The notes beneath the pieces are model-generated. The model was given only the letters and a program-made list of their open reading frames with translations, was not told the origin of the DNA and ran no database searches. The translations under genes and the position numbers were made by a program. A stretch of DNA of 64,000 bases from the human T2T-CHM13v2.0 reference genome, Homo sapiens, in the NCBI RefSeq assembly GCF_009914755.1, contig NC_060942.1. The stretch is one strand, 5' to 3'. This document shows, one piece after another, positions 52,201 through 64,000 of the stretch (its first letter is position 1; each line of letters begins with the position of its first letter).

Positions 52201-55200
52201 CTCAACTAAAGGAGTAGAACCTTTCTTTTCATAGAGAAGTTTTGAAACGCTCTTTTTGTGGAATCTGCAAGTGGATATTTGGCTAGTTTTGAGGATTTCG
52301 TTGGAAGCGGGAATTCATACAAATTGCAGACTGCAGCGTTCTGAGAAACATCTTTGTGATGTTTGTATTCAGGACACAGAGTTGAACATTCCCTATCATA
52401 GAGCAGGTTTGAATCACTCCTTTTGTAGTATCTGGAAGTGGACATTTGGAGCGCTTTCAGGCCTATGTTGGAAAAGGAAATATCTTCCCATAACAACTAG
52501 ACAGAAGCATTCTCAGAAACTTATTTGAGATGTGTGTACTCAACTAAGAGAATTGAACCACCGTTTTGAAGGAGCAGTTTTGAAACACTCTTTTTCTGGA
52601 ATCTGCAAGTGGATATTTGGCTAGCTTTGGGGATTTCGCTGGAAGCGGGAATACATATAAAAAGCACACAGCAGCGTTCTGAGAAACTGCTTTCTGATGT
52701 TTGCATTCAAGTCAAAAGTTGAACACTCCCTTTCATAGAGCAGTCTTGAAACACCCCTTTTGTAATATCTGGAACTGGACTTTTGAAGCGCTTTCAGGGC
52801 TAAGGTGAAAAAGGAAATATCTTCCCATAAAAACTGGACAGAAGCATTCTCAGAAACTTGTTTATGCTGTATCTACTCAACTAACAAAGTTGAACCTTTC
52901 TTTTGATAGAGCAGTTTTGAAATGCTCTTTTTGTGGAATCTGCAAGTGGATATTTGGCTAGTTTTGAGGATTTCGTTGGAAGCGGGAATTCATACAAATT
53001 GCAGACTGCAGCGTTCTGAGAAACATATTTGTGATGTTTGTATTCAGGACAGAGAGTTGAACATTCCCTATCATAGAGCAGGTTGGAATCACTCCTTTTG
53101 TAGTATCTGGAAGTGGACATTTGGAGCGCTTTCAGGCCTATGTTGAAAAAGGAAATATCTTCCCATAACAACTAGACACAAGCATTCTCAGAAACTTGTT
53201 TGTGATGTGTGCCCTCTACTGACAGAGTTGAACCTTTCTTTTCATAGAGCAGTTTTGAAACACTCTTTTTGTAGAATCTGCAAGAGGATATTTGCATAGC
53301 TTTGAGGATTTCGTGGGAAACGGGATTGTCTTCAGGTAAAATCTAGACAGAAGCATTCTCAGAAACTTCTTTGGGATGTTTGCATTCAAGTCACAGAGTA
53401 GAACATTCCCTTTGGTAGAGCAGGTTTGAAACACTCTTTTTGTAGTATCTGGAAGTGGACATTTGGAGCGCTTTCAGGCCTATGTTGGAAAGGGAAATAT
53501 CTTCCCGTAACAACTAGGCAGAAGCATTCTCAGAAACTTATTTGAGATGTGTGTACTCAACTAAGAGAATTGAACCACCGTTTTGAAGGAGCAGTTTTGA
53601 AACACTCTTTTTCTGGAATCTGCAAGAGGATATTTGCCTAGCCTTGAGGATTTCGTTGGAAACGGGATTGTCTTCAGATCAAATCTAGACAGAAGCATTC
53701 TCAGAAACTTCTTTGGGATGTTTGCATTCAAGTCACAGAGTAGAACATTCCCTTTGGTAGAGCAGGTTTGAAACACTCTTTTTTTAGTATATGGAAGTGG
53801 ACATTTGGAGCGCTTTCAGGCCTACGTTGGAAAAGGAAATATCTTCCCATAACAACTAGACAGAAGCATTCTCAGAAACTAGTTTCTGAGGTGTGTCCTC
53901 AACTAACACAGTTGAACATTTCTTTAGACAGAACAGTTTTGAAACACTCTTTTTGTGGAATCTGCAAGTGGCTATTTGGCTAGATTTGAGGATTTCGTTG
54001 GAAACGGGATTACATATAAAAAGCAGACAGCAGCATTCTCAGAAAGTTCTTTGTGATGATTGCATTCAAGTCACAGAATTGAACATTCCCTTTCACAGAG
54101 CAGGTTTGAAACACTCTTTTTGTAGTGTGTGTAAGTGGACATTTGGAGCACTTTCCGGCCTAAGGTGAAAAAGGAAATATCTTCCCATAAAAACTAGACA
54201 GAAGCATTCTCAGAAACTTACTCGTGATGTGTGTCCTCAACTAAAGGAGTAGAACCTTTCTTTTCATAGAGAAGTTTTGAAACGCTCTTTTTGTGGAATC
54301 TGCAAGTGGATATTTGGCTAGTTTTGAGGATTTCGTTGGAAGCGGGAATTCATACAAATTGCAGACTGCAGCGTTCTGAGAAACATCTTTGTGATGTTTG
54401 TATTCAGGACACAGAGTTGAACATTCCCTATCATAGAGCAGGTTTGAATCACTCCTTTTGTAGTATCTGGAAGTGGACATTTGGAGCGCTTTCAGGCCTA
54501 TGTTGGAAAAGGAAATATCTTCCCATAACAACTAGACAGAAGCATTCTCAGAAACTTATTTGAGATGTGTGTACTCAACTAAGAGAATTGAACCACCGTT
54601 TTGAAGGAGCAGTTTTGAAACACTCTTTTTCTGGAATCTGCAAGTGGATATTTGGCTAGCTTTGGGGATTTCGCTGGAAGCGGGAATACATATAAAAAGC
54701 ACACAGCAGCGTTCTGAGAAACTGCTTTCTGATGTTTGCATTCAAGTCAAAAGTTGAACACTCCCTTTCATAGAGCAGTCTTGAAACACCCCTTTTGTAG
54801 TATCTGGAACTGGACTTTTGGAGCGCTTTCAGGGCTAAGGTGAAAAAGGAAATATCTTCCCATAAAAACTGGACAGAAGCATTCTCAGAAACTTGTTTAT
54901 GCTGTATCTACTCAACTAACAAAGTTGAACCTTTCTTTTGATAGAGCAGTTTTGAAATGCTCTTTTTGTGGAATCTGCAAGTGGATATTTGGCTAGTTTT
55001 GAGGATTTCGTTGGAAGCGGGAATTCATACAAATTGCAGACTGCAGCGTTCTGAGAAACATCTTTGTGATGTTTGTATTCAGGACAGAGAGTTGAACATT
55101 CCCTATCATAGAGCAGGTTGGAATCACTCCTTTTGTAGTATCTGGAAGTGGACATTTGGAGCGCTTTCAGGCCTATGTTGAAAAAGGAAATATCTTCCCA

Positions 55201-58200
55201 TAACAACTAGACACAAGCATTCTCAGAAACTTGTTTGTGATGTGTGCCCTCTACTGACAGAGTTGAACCTTTCTTTTCATAGAGCAGTTTTGAAACACTC
55301 TTTTTGTAGAATCTGCAAGAGGATATTTGCATAGCTTTGAGGATTTCGTGGGAAACGGGATTGTCTTCAGGTAAAATCTAGACAGAAGCATTCTCAGAAA
55401 CTTCTTTGGGATGTTTGCATTCAAGTCACAGAGCAGAACATTCCCTTTGGTAGAGCAGGTTTGAAACACTCTTTTTGTAGTATCTGGAAGTGGACATTTG
55501 GAGCGCTTTCAGGCCTATGTTGGAAAGGGAAATATCTTCCCGTAACAACTAGGCAGAAGCATTCTCAGAAACTTATTTGAGATGTGTGTACTCAACTAAG
55601 AGAATTGAACCACCGTTTTGAAGGAGCAGTTTTGAAACACTCTTTTTCTGGAATCTGCAAGAGGATATTTGCCTAGCCTTGAGGATTTCGTTGGAAACGG
55701 GATTGTCTTCAGATCAAATCTAGACAGAAGCATTCTCAGAAACTTCTTTGGGATGTTTGCATTCAAGTCACAGAGTAGAACATTCCCTTTGGTAGAGCAG
55801 GTTTGAAACACTCTTTTTTTAGTATATGGAAGTGGACATTTGGAGCGCTTTCAGGCCTACGTTGGAAAAGGAAATATCTTCCCATAACAACTAGACAGAA
55901 GCATTCTCAGAAACTAGTTTCTGATGTGTGTCCTCAACTAACACAGTTGAACATTTCTTTAGACAGAACAGTTTTGAAACACTCTTTTTGTGGAATCTGC
56001 AAGTGGCTATTTGGCTAGATTTGAGGATTTCGTTGGAAACGGGATTACATATAAAAAGCAGACAGCAGCATTCTCAGAAAGTTCTTTGTGATGATTGCAT
56101 TCAAGTCACAGAATTGAACATTCCCTTTCACAGAGCAGGTTTGAAACACTCTTTTTGTAGTGTGTGTAAGTGGACATTTGGAGCACTTTCCGGCCTAAGG
56201 TGAAAAAGGAAATATCTTCCCATAAAAACTAGACAGAAGCATTCTCAGAAACTTACTCGTGATGTGTGTCCTCAACTAAAGGAGTAGAACCTTTCTTTTC
56301 ATAGAGAAGTTTTGAAACGCTCTTTTTGTGGAATCTGCAAGTGGATATTTGGCTAGTTTTGAGGATTTCGTTGGAAGCGGGAATTCATACAAATTGCAGA
56401 CTGCAGCGTTCTGAGAAACATCTTTGTGATGTTTGTATTCAGGACACAGAGTTGAACATTCCCTATCATAGAGCAGGTTTGAATCACTCCTTTTGTAGTA
56501 TCTGGAAGTGGACATTTGGAGCGCTTTCAGGCCTATGTTGGAAAAGGAAATATCTTCCCATAACAACTAGACAGAAGCATTCTCAGAAACTTATTTGAGA
56601 TGTGTGTACTCAACTAAGAGAATTGAACCACCGTTTTGAAGGAGCAGTTTTGAAACACTCTTTTTCTGGAATCTGCAAGTGGATATTTGGCTAGCTTTGG
56701 GGATTTCGCTGGAAGCGGGAATACATATAAAAAGCACACAGCAGCGTTCTGAGAAACTGCTTTCTGATGTTTGCATTCAAGTCAAAAGTTGAACACTCCC
56801 TTTCATAGAGCAGTCCTGAAACACCCCTTTTGTAGTATCTGGAACTGGACTTTTGGAGCGCTTTCAGGGCTAAGGTGAAAAAGGAAATATCTTCCCATAA
56901 AAACTGGACAGAAGCATTCTCAGAAACTTGTTTATGCTGTATCTACTCAACTAACAAAGTTGAACCTTTCTTTTGATAGAGCAGTTTTGAAATGCTCTTT
57001 TTGTGGAATCTGCAAGTGGATATTTGGCTAGTTTTGAGGATTTCGTTGGAAGCGGGAATTCATACAAATTGCAGACTGCAGCGTTCTGAGAAACATCTTT
57101 GTGATGTTTGTATTCAGGACAGAGAGTTGAACATTCCCTATCATAGAGCAGGTTGGAATCACTCCTTTTGTAGTATCTGGAAGTGGACATTTGGAGCGCT
57201 TTCAGGCCTATGTTGAAAAAGGAAATATCTTCCCATAACAACTAGACACAAGCATTCTCAGAAACTTGTTTGTGATGTGTGCCCTCTACTGACAGAGTTG
57301 AACCTTTCTTTTCATAGAGCAGTTTTGAAACACTCTTTTTGTAGAATCTGCAAGAGGATATTTGCATAGCTTTGAGGATTTCGTGGGAAACGGGATTGTC
57401 TTCAGGTAAAATCTAGACAGAAGCATTCTCAGAAACTTCTTTGGGATGTTTGCATTCAAGTCACAGAGCAGAACATTCCCTTTGGTAGAGCAGGTTTGAA
57501 ACACTCTTTTTGTAGTATCTGGAAGTGGACATTTGGAGCGCTTTCAGGCCTATGTTGGAAAGGGAAATATCTTCCCGTAACAACTAGGCAGAAGCATTCT
57601 CAGAAACTTATTTGAGATGTGTGTACTCAACTAAGAGAATTGAACCACCGTTTTGAAGGAGCAGTTTTGAAACACTCTTTTTCTGGAATCTGCAAGAGGA
57701 TATTTGCCTAGCCTTGAGGATTTCGTTGGAAACGGGATTGTCTTCAGATCAAATCTAGACAGAAGCATTCTCAGAAACTTCTTTGGGATGTTTGCATTCA
57801 TGTCACAGAGTAGAACATTCCCTTTGGTAGAGCAGGTTTGAAACACTCTTTTTTAAGTATATGGAAGTGGACATTTGGAGCGCTTTCAGGCCTACGTTGG
57901 AAAAGGAAATATCTTCCCATAACAACTAGACAGAAGCATTCTCAGAAACTAGTTTCTGATGTGTGTCCTCAACTAACACAGTTGAACATTTCTTTAGACA
58001 GAACAGTTTTGAAACACTCTTTTTGTGGAATCTGCAAGTGGCTATTTGGCTAGATTTGAGGATTTCGTTGGAAACGGGATTACATATAAAAAGCAGACAG
58101 CAGCATTCTCAGAAAGTTCTTTGTGATGATTGCATTCAAGTCACAGAATTGAACATTCCCTTTCACAGAGCAGGTTTGAAACACTCTTTTTGTAGTGTGT

Positions 58201-61200
58201 GTAAGTGGACATTTGGAGCACTTTCCGGCCTAAGGTGAAAAAGGAAATATCTTCCCATAAAAACTAGACAGAAGCATTCTCAGAAACTTACTCGTGATGT
58301 GTGTCCTCAACTAAAGGAGTAGAACCTTTCTTTTCATAGAGAAGTTTTGAAACGCTCTTTTTGTGGAATCTGCAAGTGGATATTTGGCTAGTTTTGAGGA
58401 TTTCGTTGGAAGCGGGAATTCATACAAATTGCAGACTGCAGCGTTCTGAGAAACATCTTTGTGATGTTTGTATTCAGGACACAGAGTTGAACATTCCCTA
58501 TCATAGAGCAGGTTTGAATCACTCCTTTTGTAGTATCTGGAAGTGGACATTTGGAGCGCTTTCAGGCCTATGTTGGAAAAGGAAATATCTTCCCATAACA
58601 ACTAGACAGAAGCATTCTCAGAAACTTATTTGAGATGTGTGTACTCAACTAAGAGAATTGAACCACCGTTTTGAAGGAGCAGTTTTGAAACACTCTTTTT
58701 CTGGAATCTGCAAGTGGATATTTGGCTAGCTTTGGGGATTTCGCTGGAAGCGGGAATACATATAAAAAGCACACAGCAGCGTTCTGAGAAACTGCTTTCT
58801 GATGTTTGCATTCAAGTCAAAAGTTGAACACTCCCTTTCATAGAGCAGTCCTGAAACACCCCTTTTGTAGTATCTGGAACTGGACTTTTGGAGCGCTTTC
58901 AGGGCTAAGGTGAAAAAGGAAATATCTTCCCATAAAAACTGGACAGAAGCATTCTCAGAAACTTGTTTATGCTGTATCTACTCAACTAACAAAGTTGAAC
59001 CTTTCTTTTGATAGAGCAGTTTTGAAATGCTCTTTTTGTGGAATCTGCAAGTGGATATTTGGCTAGTTTTGAGGATTTCGTTGGAAGCGGGAATTCATAC
59101 AAATTGCAGACTGCAGCGTTCTGAGAAACATCTTTGTGATGTTTGTATTCAGGACACAGAGTTGAACATTCCCTATCATAGAGCAGGTTGGAATCACTCC
59201 TTTTGTAGTATCTGGAAGTGGACATTTGGAGCGCTTTCAGGCCTATGTTGAAAAAGGAAATATCTTCCCATAACAACTAGACACAAGCATTCTCAGAAAC
59301 TTGTTTGTGATGTGTGCCCTCTACTGACAGAGTTGAACCTTTCTTTTCATAGAGCAGTTTTGAAACACTCTTTTTGTAGAATCTGCAAGAGGATATTTGC
59401 ATAGCTTTGAGGATTTCGTGGGAAACGGGATTGTCTTCAGGTAAAATCTAGACAGAAGCATTCTCAGAAACTTCTTTGGGATGTTTGCATTCAAGTCACA
59501 GAGCAGAACATTCCCTTTGGTAGAGCAGGTTTGAAACACTCTTTTTGTAGTATCTGGAAGTGGACATTTGGAGCGCTTTCAGGCCTATGTTGGAAAGGGA
59601 AATATCTTCCCGTAACAACTAGGCAGAAGCATTCTCAGAAACTTATTTGAGATGTGTGTACTCAACTAAGAGAATTGAACCACCGTTTTGAAGGAGCAGT
59701 TTTGAAACACTCTTTTTCTGGAATCTGCAAGAGGATATTTGCCTAGCCTTGAGGATTTCGTTGGAAACGGGATTGTCTTCAGATCAAATCTAGACAGAAG
59801 CATTCTCAGAAACTTCTTTGGGATGTTTGCATTCAAGTCACAGAGTAGAACATTCCCTTTGGTAGAGCAGGTTTGAAACACTCTTTTTTTAGTATATGGA
59901 AGTGGACATTTGGAGCGCTTTCAGGCCTACGTTGGAAAAGGAAATATCTTCCCATAACAACTAGACAGAAGCATTCTCAGAAACTAGTTACTGATGTGTG
60001 TCCTCAACTAACACAGTTGAACATTTCTTTAGACAGAACAGTTTTGAAACACTCTTTTTGTGGAATCTGCAAGTGGCTATTTGGCTAGATTTGAGGATTT
60101 CGTTGGAAACGGGATTACATATAAAAAGCAGACAGCAGCATTCTCAGAAAGTTCTTTGTGATGATTGCATTCAAGTCACAGAATTGAACATTCCCTTTCA
60201 CAGAGCAGGTTTGAAACACTCTTTTTGTAGTGTGTGTAAGTGGACATTTGGAGCACTTTCCGGCCTAAGGTGAAAAAGGAAATATCTTCCCATAAAAACT
60301 AGACAGAAGCATTCTCAGAAACTTACTCGTGATGTGTGTCCTCAACTAAAGGAGTAGAACCTTTCTTTTCATAGAGAAGTTTTGAAACGCTCTTTTTGTG
60401 GAATCTGCAAGTGGATATTTGGCTAGTTTTGAGGATTTCGTTGGAAGCGGGAATTCATACAAATTGCAGACTGCAGCGTTCTGAGAAACATCTTTGTGAT
60501 GTTTGTATTCAGGACACAGAGTTGAACATTCCCTATCATAGAGCAGGTTTGAATCACTCCTTTTGTAGTATCTGGAAGTGGACATTTGGAGCGCTTTCAG
60601 GCCTATGTTGGAAAAGGAAATATCTTCCCATAACAACTAGACAGAAGCATTCTCAGAAACTTATTTGAGATGTGTGTACTCAACTAAGAGAATTGAACCA
60701 CCGTTTTGAAGGAGCAGTTTTGAAACACTCTTTTTCTGGAATCTGCAAGTGGATATTTGGCTAGCTTTGGGGATTTCGCTGGAAGCGGGAATACATATAA
60801 AAAGCACACAGCAGCGTTCTGAGAAACTGCTTTCTGATGTTTGCATTCAAGTCAAAAGTTGAACACTCCCTTTCATAGAGCAGTCCTGAAACACTCCTTT
60901 TGTAGTATCTGGAACTGGACTTTTGGAGCGCTTTCAGGGCTAAGGTGAAAAAGGAAATATCTTCCCATAAAAACTGGACAGAAGCATTCTCAGAAACTTG
61001 TTTATGCTGTATCTACTCAACTAACAAAGTTGAACCTTTCTTTTGATAGAGCAGTTTTGAAATGCTCTTTTTGTGGAATCTGCAAGTGGATATTTGGCTA
61101 GTTTTGAGGATTTCGTTGGAAGCGGGAATTCATACAAATTGCAGACTGCAGCGTTCTGAGAAACATCTTTGTGATGTTTGTATTCAGGACAGAGAGTTGA

Positions 61201-63019
61201 ACATTCCCTATCATAGAGCAGGTTGGAATCACTCCTTTTGTAGTATCTGGAAGTGGACATTTGGAGCGCTTTCAGGCCTATGTTGAAAAAGGAAATATCT
61301 TCCCATAACAACTAGACACAAGCATTCTCAGAAACTTGTTTGTGATGTGTGCCCTCTACTGACAGAGTTGAACCTTTCTTTTCATAGAGCAGTTTTGAAA
61401 CACTCTTTTTGTAGAATCTGCAAGAGGATATTTGCATAGCTTTGAGGATTTCGTGGGAAACGGGATTGTCTTCAGGTAAAATCTAGACAGAAGCATTCTC
61501 AGAAACTTCTTTGGGATGTTTGCATTCAAGTCACAGAGCAGAACATTCCCTTTGGTAGAGCAGGTTTGAAACACTCTTTTTGTAGTATCTGGAAGTGGAC
61601 ATTTGGAGCGCTTTCAGGCCTATGTTGGAAAGGGAAATATCTTCCCGTAACAACTAGGCAGAAGCATTCTCAGAAACTTATTTTAGATGTGTGTACTCAA
61701 CTAAGAGAATTGAACCACCGTTTTGAAGGAGCAGTTTTGAAACACTCTTTTTCTGGAATCTGCAAGAGGATATTTGCCTAGCCTTGAGGATTTCGTTGGA
61801 AACGGGATTGTCTTCAGATCAAATCTAGACAGAAGCATTCTCAGAAACTTCTTTGGGATGTTTGCATTCAAGTCACAGAGTAGAACATTCCCTTTGGTAG
61901 AGCAGGTTTGAAACACTCTTTTTTTAGTATATGGAAGTGGACATTTGGAGCGCTTTCAGGCCTACGTTGGAAAAGGAAATATCTTCCCATAACAACTAGA
62001 CAGAAGCATTCTCAGAAACTAGTTTCTGATGTGTGTCCTCAACTAACACAGTTGAACATTTCTTTAGACAGAACAGTTTTGAAACACTCTTTTTGTGGAA
62101 TCTGCAAGTGGCTATTTGGCTAGATTTGAGGATTTCGTTGGAAACGGGATTACATATAAAAAGCAGACAGCAGCATTCTCAGAAAGTTCTTTGTGATGAT
62201 TGCATTCAAGTCACAGAATTGAACATTCCCTTTCACAGAGCAGGTTTGAAACACTCTTTTTGTAGTGTGTGTAAGTGGACATTTGGAGCACTTTCCGGCC
62301 TAAGGTGAAAAAGGAAATATCTTCCCATAAAAACTAGACAGAAGCATTCTCAGAAACTTACTCGTGATGTGTGTCCTCAACTAAAGGAGTAGAACCTTTC
62401 TTTTCATAGAGAAGTTTTGAAACGCTCTTTTTGTGGAATCTGCAAGTGGATATTTGGCTAGTTTTGAGGATTTCGTTGGAAGCGGGAATTCATACAAATT
62501 GCAGACTGCAGCGTTCTGAGAAACATCTTTGTGATGTTTGTATTCAGGACACAGAGTTGAACATTCCCTATCATAGAGCAGGTTTGAATCACTCCTTTTG
62601 TAGTATCTGGAAGTGGACATTTGGAGCGCTTTCAGGCCTATGTTGGAAAAGGAAATATCTTCCCATAACAACTAGACAGAAGCATTCTCAGAAACTTATT
62701 TGAGATGTGTGTACTCAACTAAGAGAATTGAACCACCGTTTTGAAGGAGCAGTTTTGAAACACTCTTTTTCTGGAATCTGCAAGTGGATATTTGGCTAGC
62801 TTTGGGGATTTCGCTGGAAGCGGGAATACATATTAAAAGCACACAGCAGCGTTCTGAGAAACTGCTTTCTGATGTTTGCATTCAAGTCAAAAGTTGAACA
62901 CTCCCTTTCATAGAGCAGTCCTGAAACACTCCTTTTGTAGTATCTGGAACTGGACTTTTGGAGCGCTTTCAGGGCTAAGGTGAAAAAGGAAATATCTTCC
63001 CATAAAAACTGGACAGAAG
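16215..63019 (+). repeat. 23 consecutive canonical 2035-bp 12-mer HORs, highly homogeneous
   Basis: 16215 + 23 x 2035 = 63020, where the next unit starts. The ORF track keeps exact phase, so there are no net indels, only sparse SNVs. Confidence 0.95.
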
Positions 63020-63694
63020 CATTCTCAGAAACTTGTTTATGCTGTATCTACTCAACTAACAAAGTTGAACCTTTCTTTTGATAGAGCAGTTTTGAAATGC
63101 TCTTTTTGTGGAATCTGCAAGTGGATATTTGGCTAGTTTTGAGGATTTCGTTGGAAGCGGGAATTCATACAAATTGCAGACTGCAGCGTTCTGAGAAACA
63201 TCTTTGTGATGTTTGTATTCAGGACACAGAGTTGAACATTCCCTATCATAGAGCAGGTTTGAATCACTCCTTTTGTAGTATCTGGAAGTGGACATTTGGA
63301 GCGCTTTCAGGCCTATGTTGGAAAAGGAAATATCTTCCCATAACAACTAGACAGAAGCATTCTCAGAAACTTATTTGAGATGTGTGTACTCAACTAAGAG
63401 AATTGAACCACCGTTTTGAAGGAGCAGTTTTGAAACACTCTTTTTCTGGAATCTGCAAGTGGATATTTGGCTAGCTTTGGGGATTTCGCTGGAAGCGGGA
63501 ATACATATAAAAAGCACACAGCAGCGTTCTGAGAAACTGCTTTCTGATGTTTGCATTCAAGTCAAAAGTTGAACACTCCCTTTCATAGAGCAGTCCTGAA
63601 ACACTCCTTTTGTAGTATCTGGAACTGGACTTTTGGAGCGCTTTCAGGGCTAAGGTGAAAAAGGAAATATCTTCCCATAAAAACTGGACAGAAG
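63020..63694 (+). repeat. Variant 4-mer HOR (675 bp)
   Basis: Units start at 63020 and 63695. EcoRI sites at 62486, 63161 and 63836 give two consecutive 675-bp fragments instead of 675 then 1360. Confidence 0.92.
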
Positions 63695-64000
63695 CATTCT
63701 CAGAAACTTGTTTATGCTGTATCTACTCAACTAACAAAGTTGAACCTTTCTTTTGATAGAGCAGTTTTGAAATGCTCTTTTTGTGGAATCTGCAAGTGGA
63801 TATTTGGCTAGTTTTGAGGATTTCGTTGGAAGCGGGAATTCATACAAATTGCAGACTGCAGCGTTCTGAGAAACATCTTTGTGATGTTTGTATTCAGGAC
63901 AGAGAGTTGAACATTCCCTATCATAGAGCAGGTTGGAATCACTCCTTTTGTAGTATCTGGAAGTGGACATTTGGAGCGCTTTCAGGCCTATGTTGAAAAA

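Larger units (their letters stand above)
1..64000 (+). repeat. D18Z1: Alpha-satellite HOR array, 2035-bp 12-mer, probably human chr18 centromeric D18Z1 (SF2, S2C18H1L)
   Basis: Head-to-tail monomers start with CATTCTCAGAAAC or CGTTCTGAGAAAC. Monomer lengths in unit 2307-4341 are 167,171,171,171,171,171,167,171,167,171,167,170, summing to 2035. The ORF track recurs every 2035 bp. EcoRI GAATTC at 1773, 2448 and 3808 gives 675- and 1360-bp fragments, matching the 0.68/1.36-kb EcoRI ladder I recall for D18Z1. Alpha-satellite identity is certain; the chromosome assignment is from memory. Confidence 0.9.

Noticed and set aside
1-64000. About 250 short ORFs of 61-96 aa on both strands
   Set aside because: They are chance open frames in satellite DNA that recur with the 2035-bp period and overlap on both strands. 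Many start at TTG or GTG, and none has a recognisable domain or gene structure.
1-64000. CRISPR-like appearance of a regularly spaced CATTCTCAGAAAC motif
   Set aside because: The intervening sequences are homologous 171-bp monomer bodies, not unique spacers, and there are no cas genes.
1-64000. Possible L1/Alu insertion, inversion or non-satellite island
   Set aside because: Every length deviation (+342, +1020, +678 and the 675-bp unit) is explained by whole monomers. CENP-B boxes stay on the + strand, and I saw no poly-A tails or target-site duplications.
1-64000. A previously undescribed biological system
   Set aside because: Nothing beyond known alpha-satellite HOR biology is supported. 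Variant HORs and haplotype layers are known phenomena, and whether these specific variants are already catalogued needs comparison with T2T/HPRC annotations.

Overview
The whole 64-kb window is one uninterrupted, same-orientation primate centromeric alpha-satellite array of about 378 monomers of 167-171 bp. The monomers form a 2035-bp 12-mer higher-order repeat (HOR) with a CENP-B box in every second monomer. The dimeric SF2-like organisation, the 2035-bp period and the 675+1360-bp EcoRI pattern match what I recall for the human chromosome 18 active array D18Z1 (S2C18H1L); this is recognition from memory, not a database search. I see no genes, RNA genes, transposons or CRISPR arrays, and every ORF in the track is a repeat artefact. 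I found no new biological system. The noteworthy content is array architecture: variant HORs (14-, 18-, 16- and 4-mer), a 6783-bp tandem duplication, a SNV-dense patch with broken CENP-B boxes, a switch from a divergent to a homogeneous haplotype near 9-11 kb, and shared SNV haplotypes recurring at 9-HOR and 3-HOR spacing.
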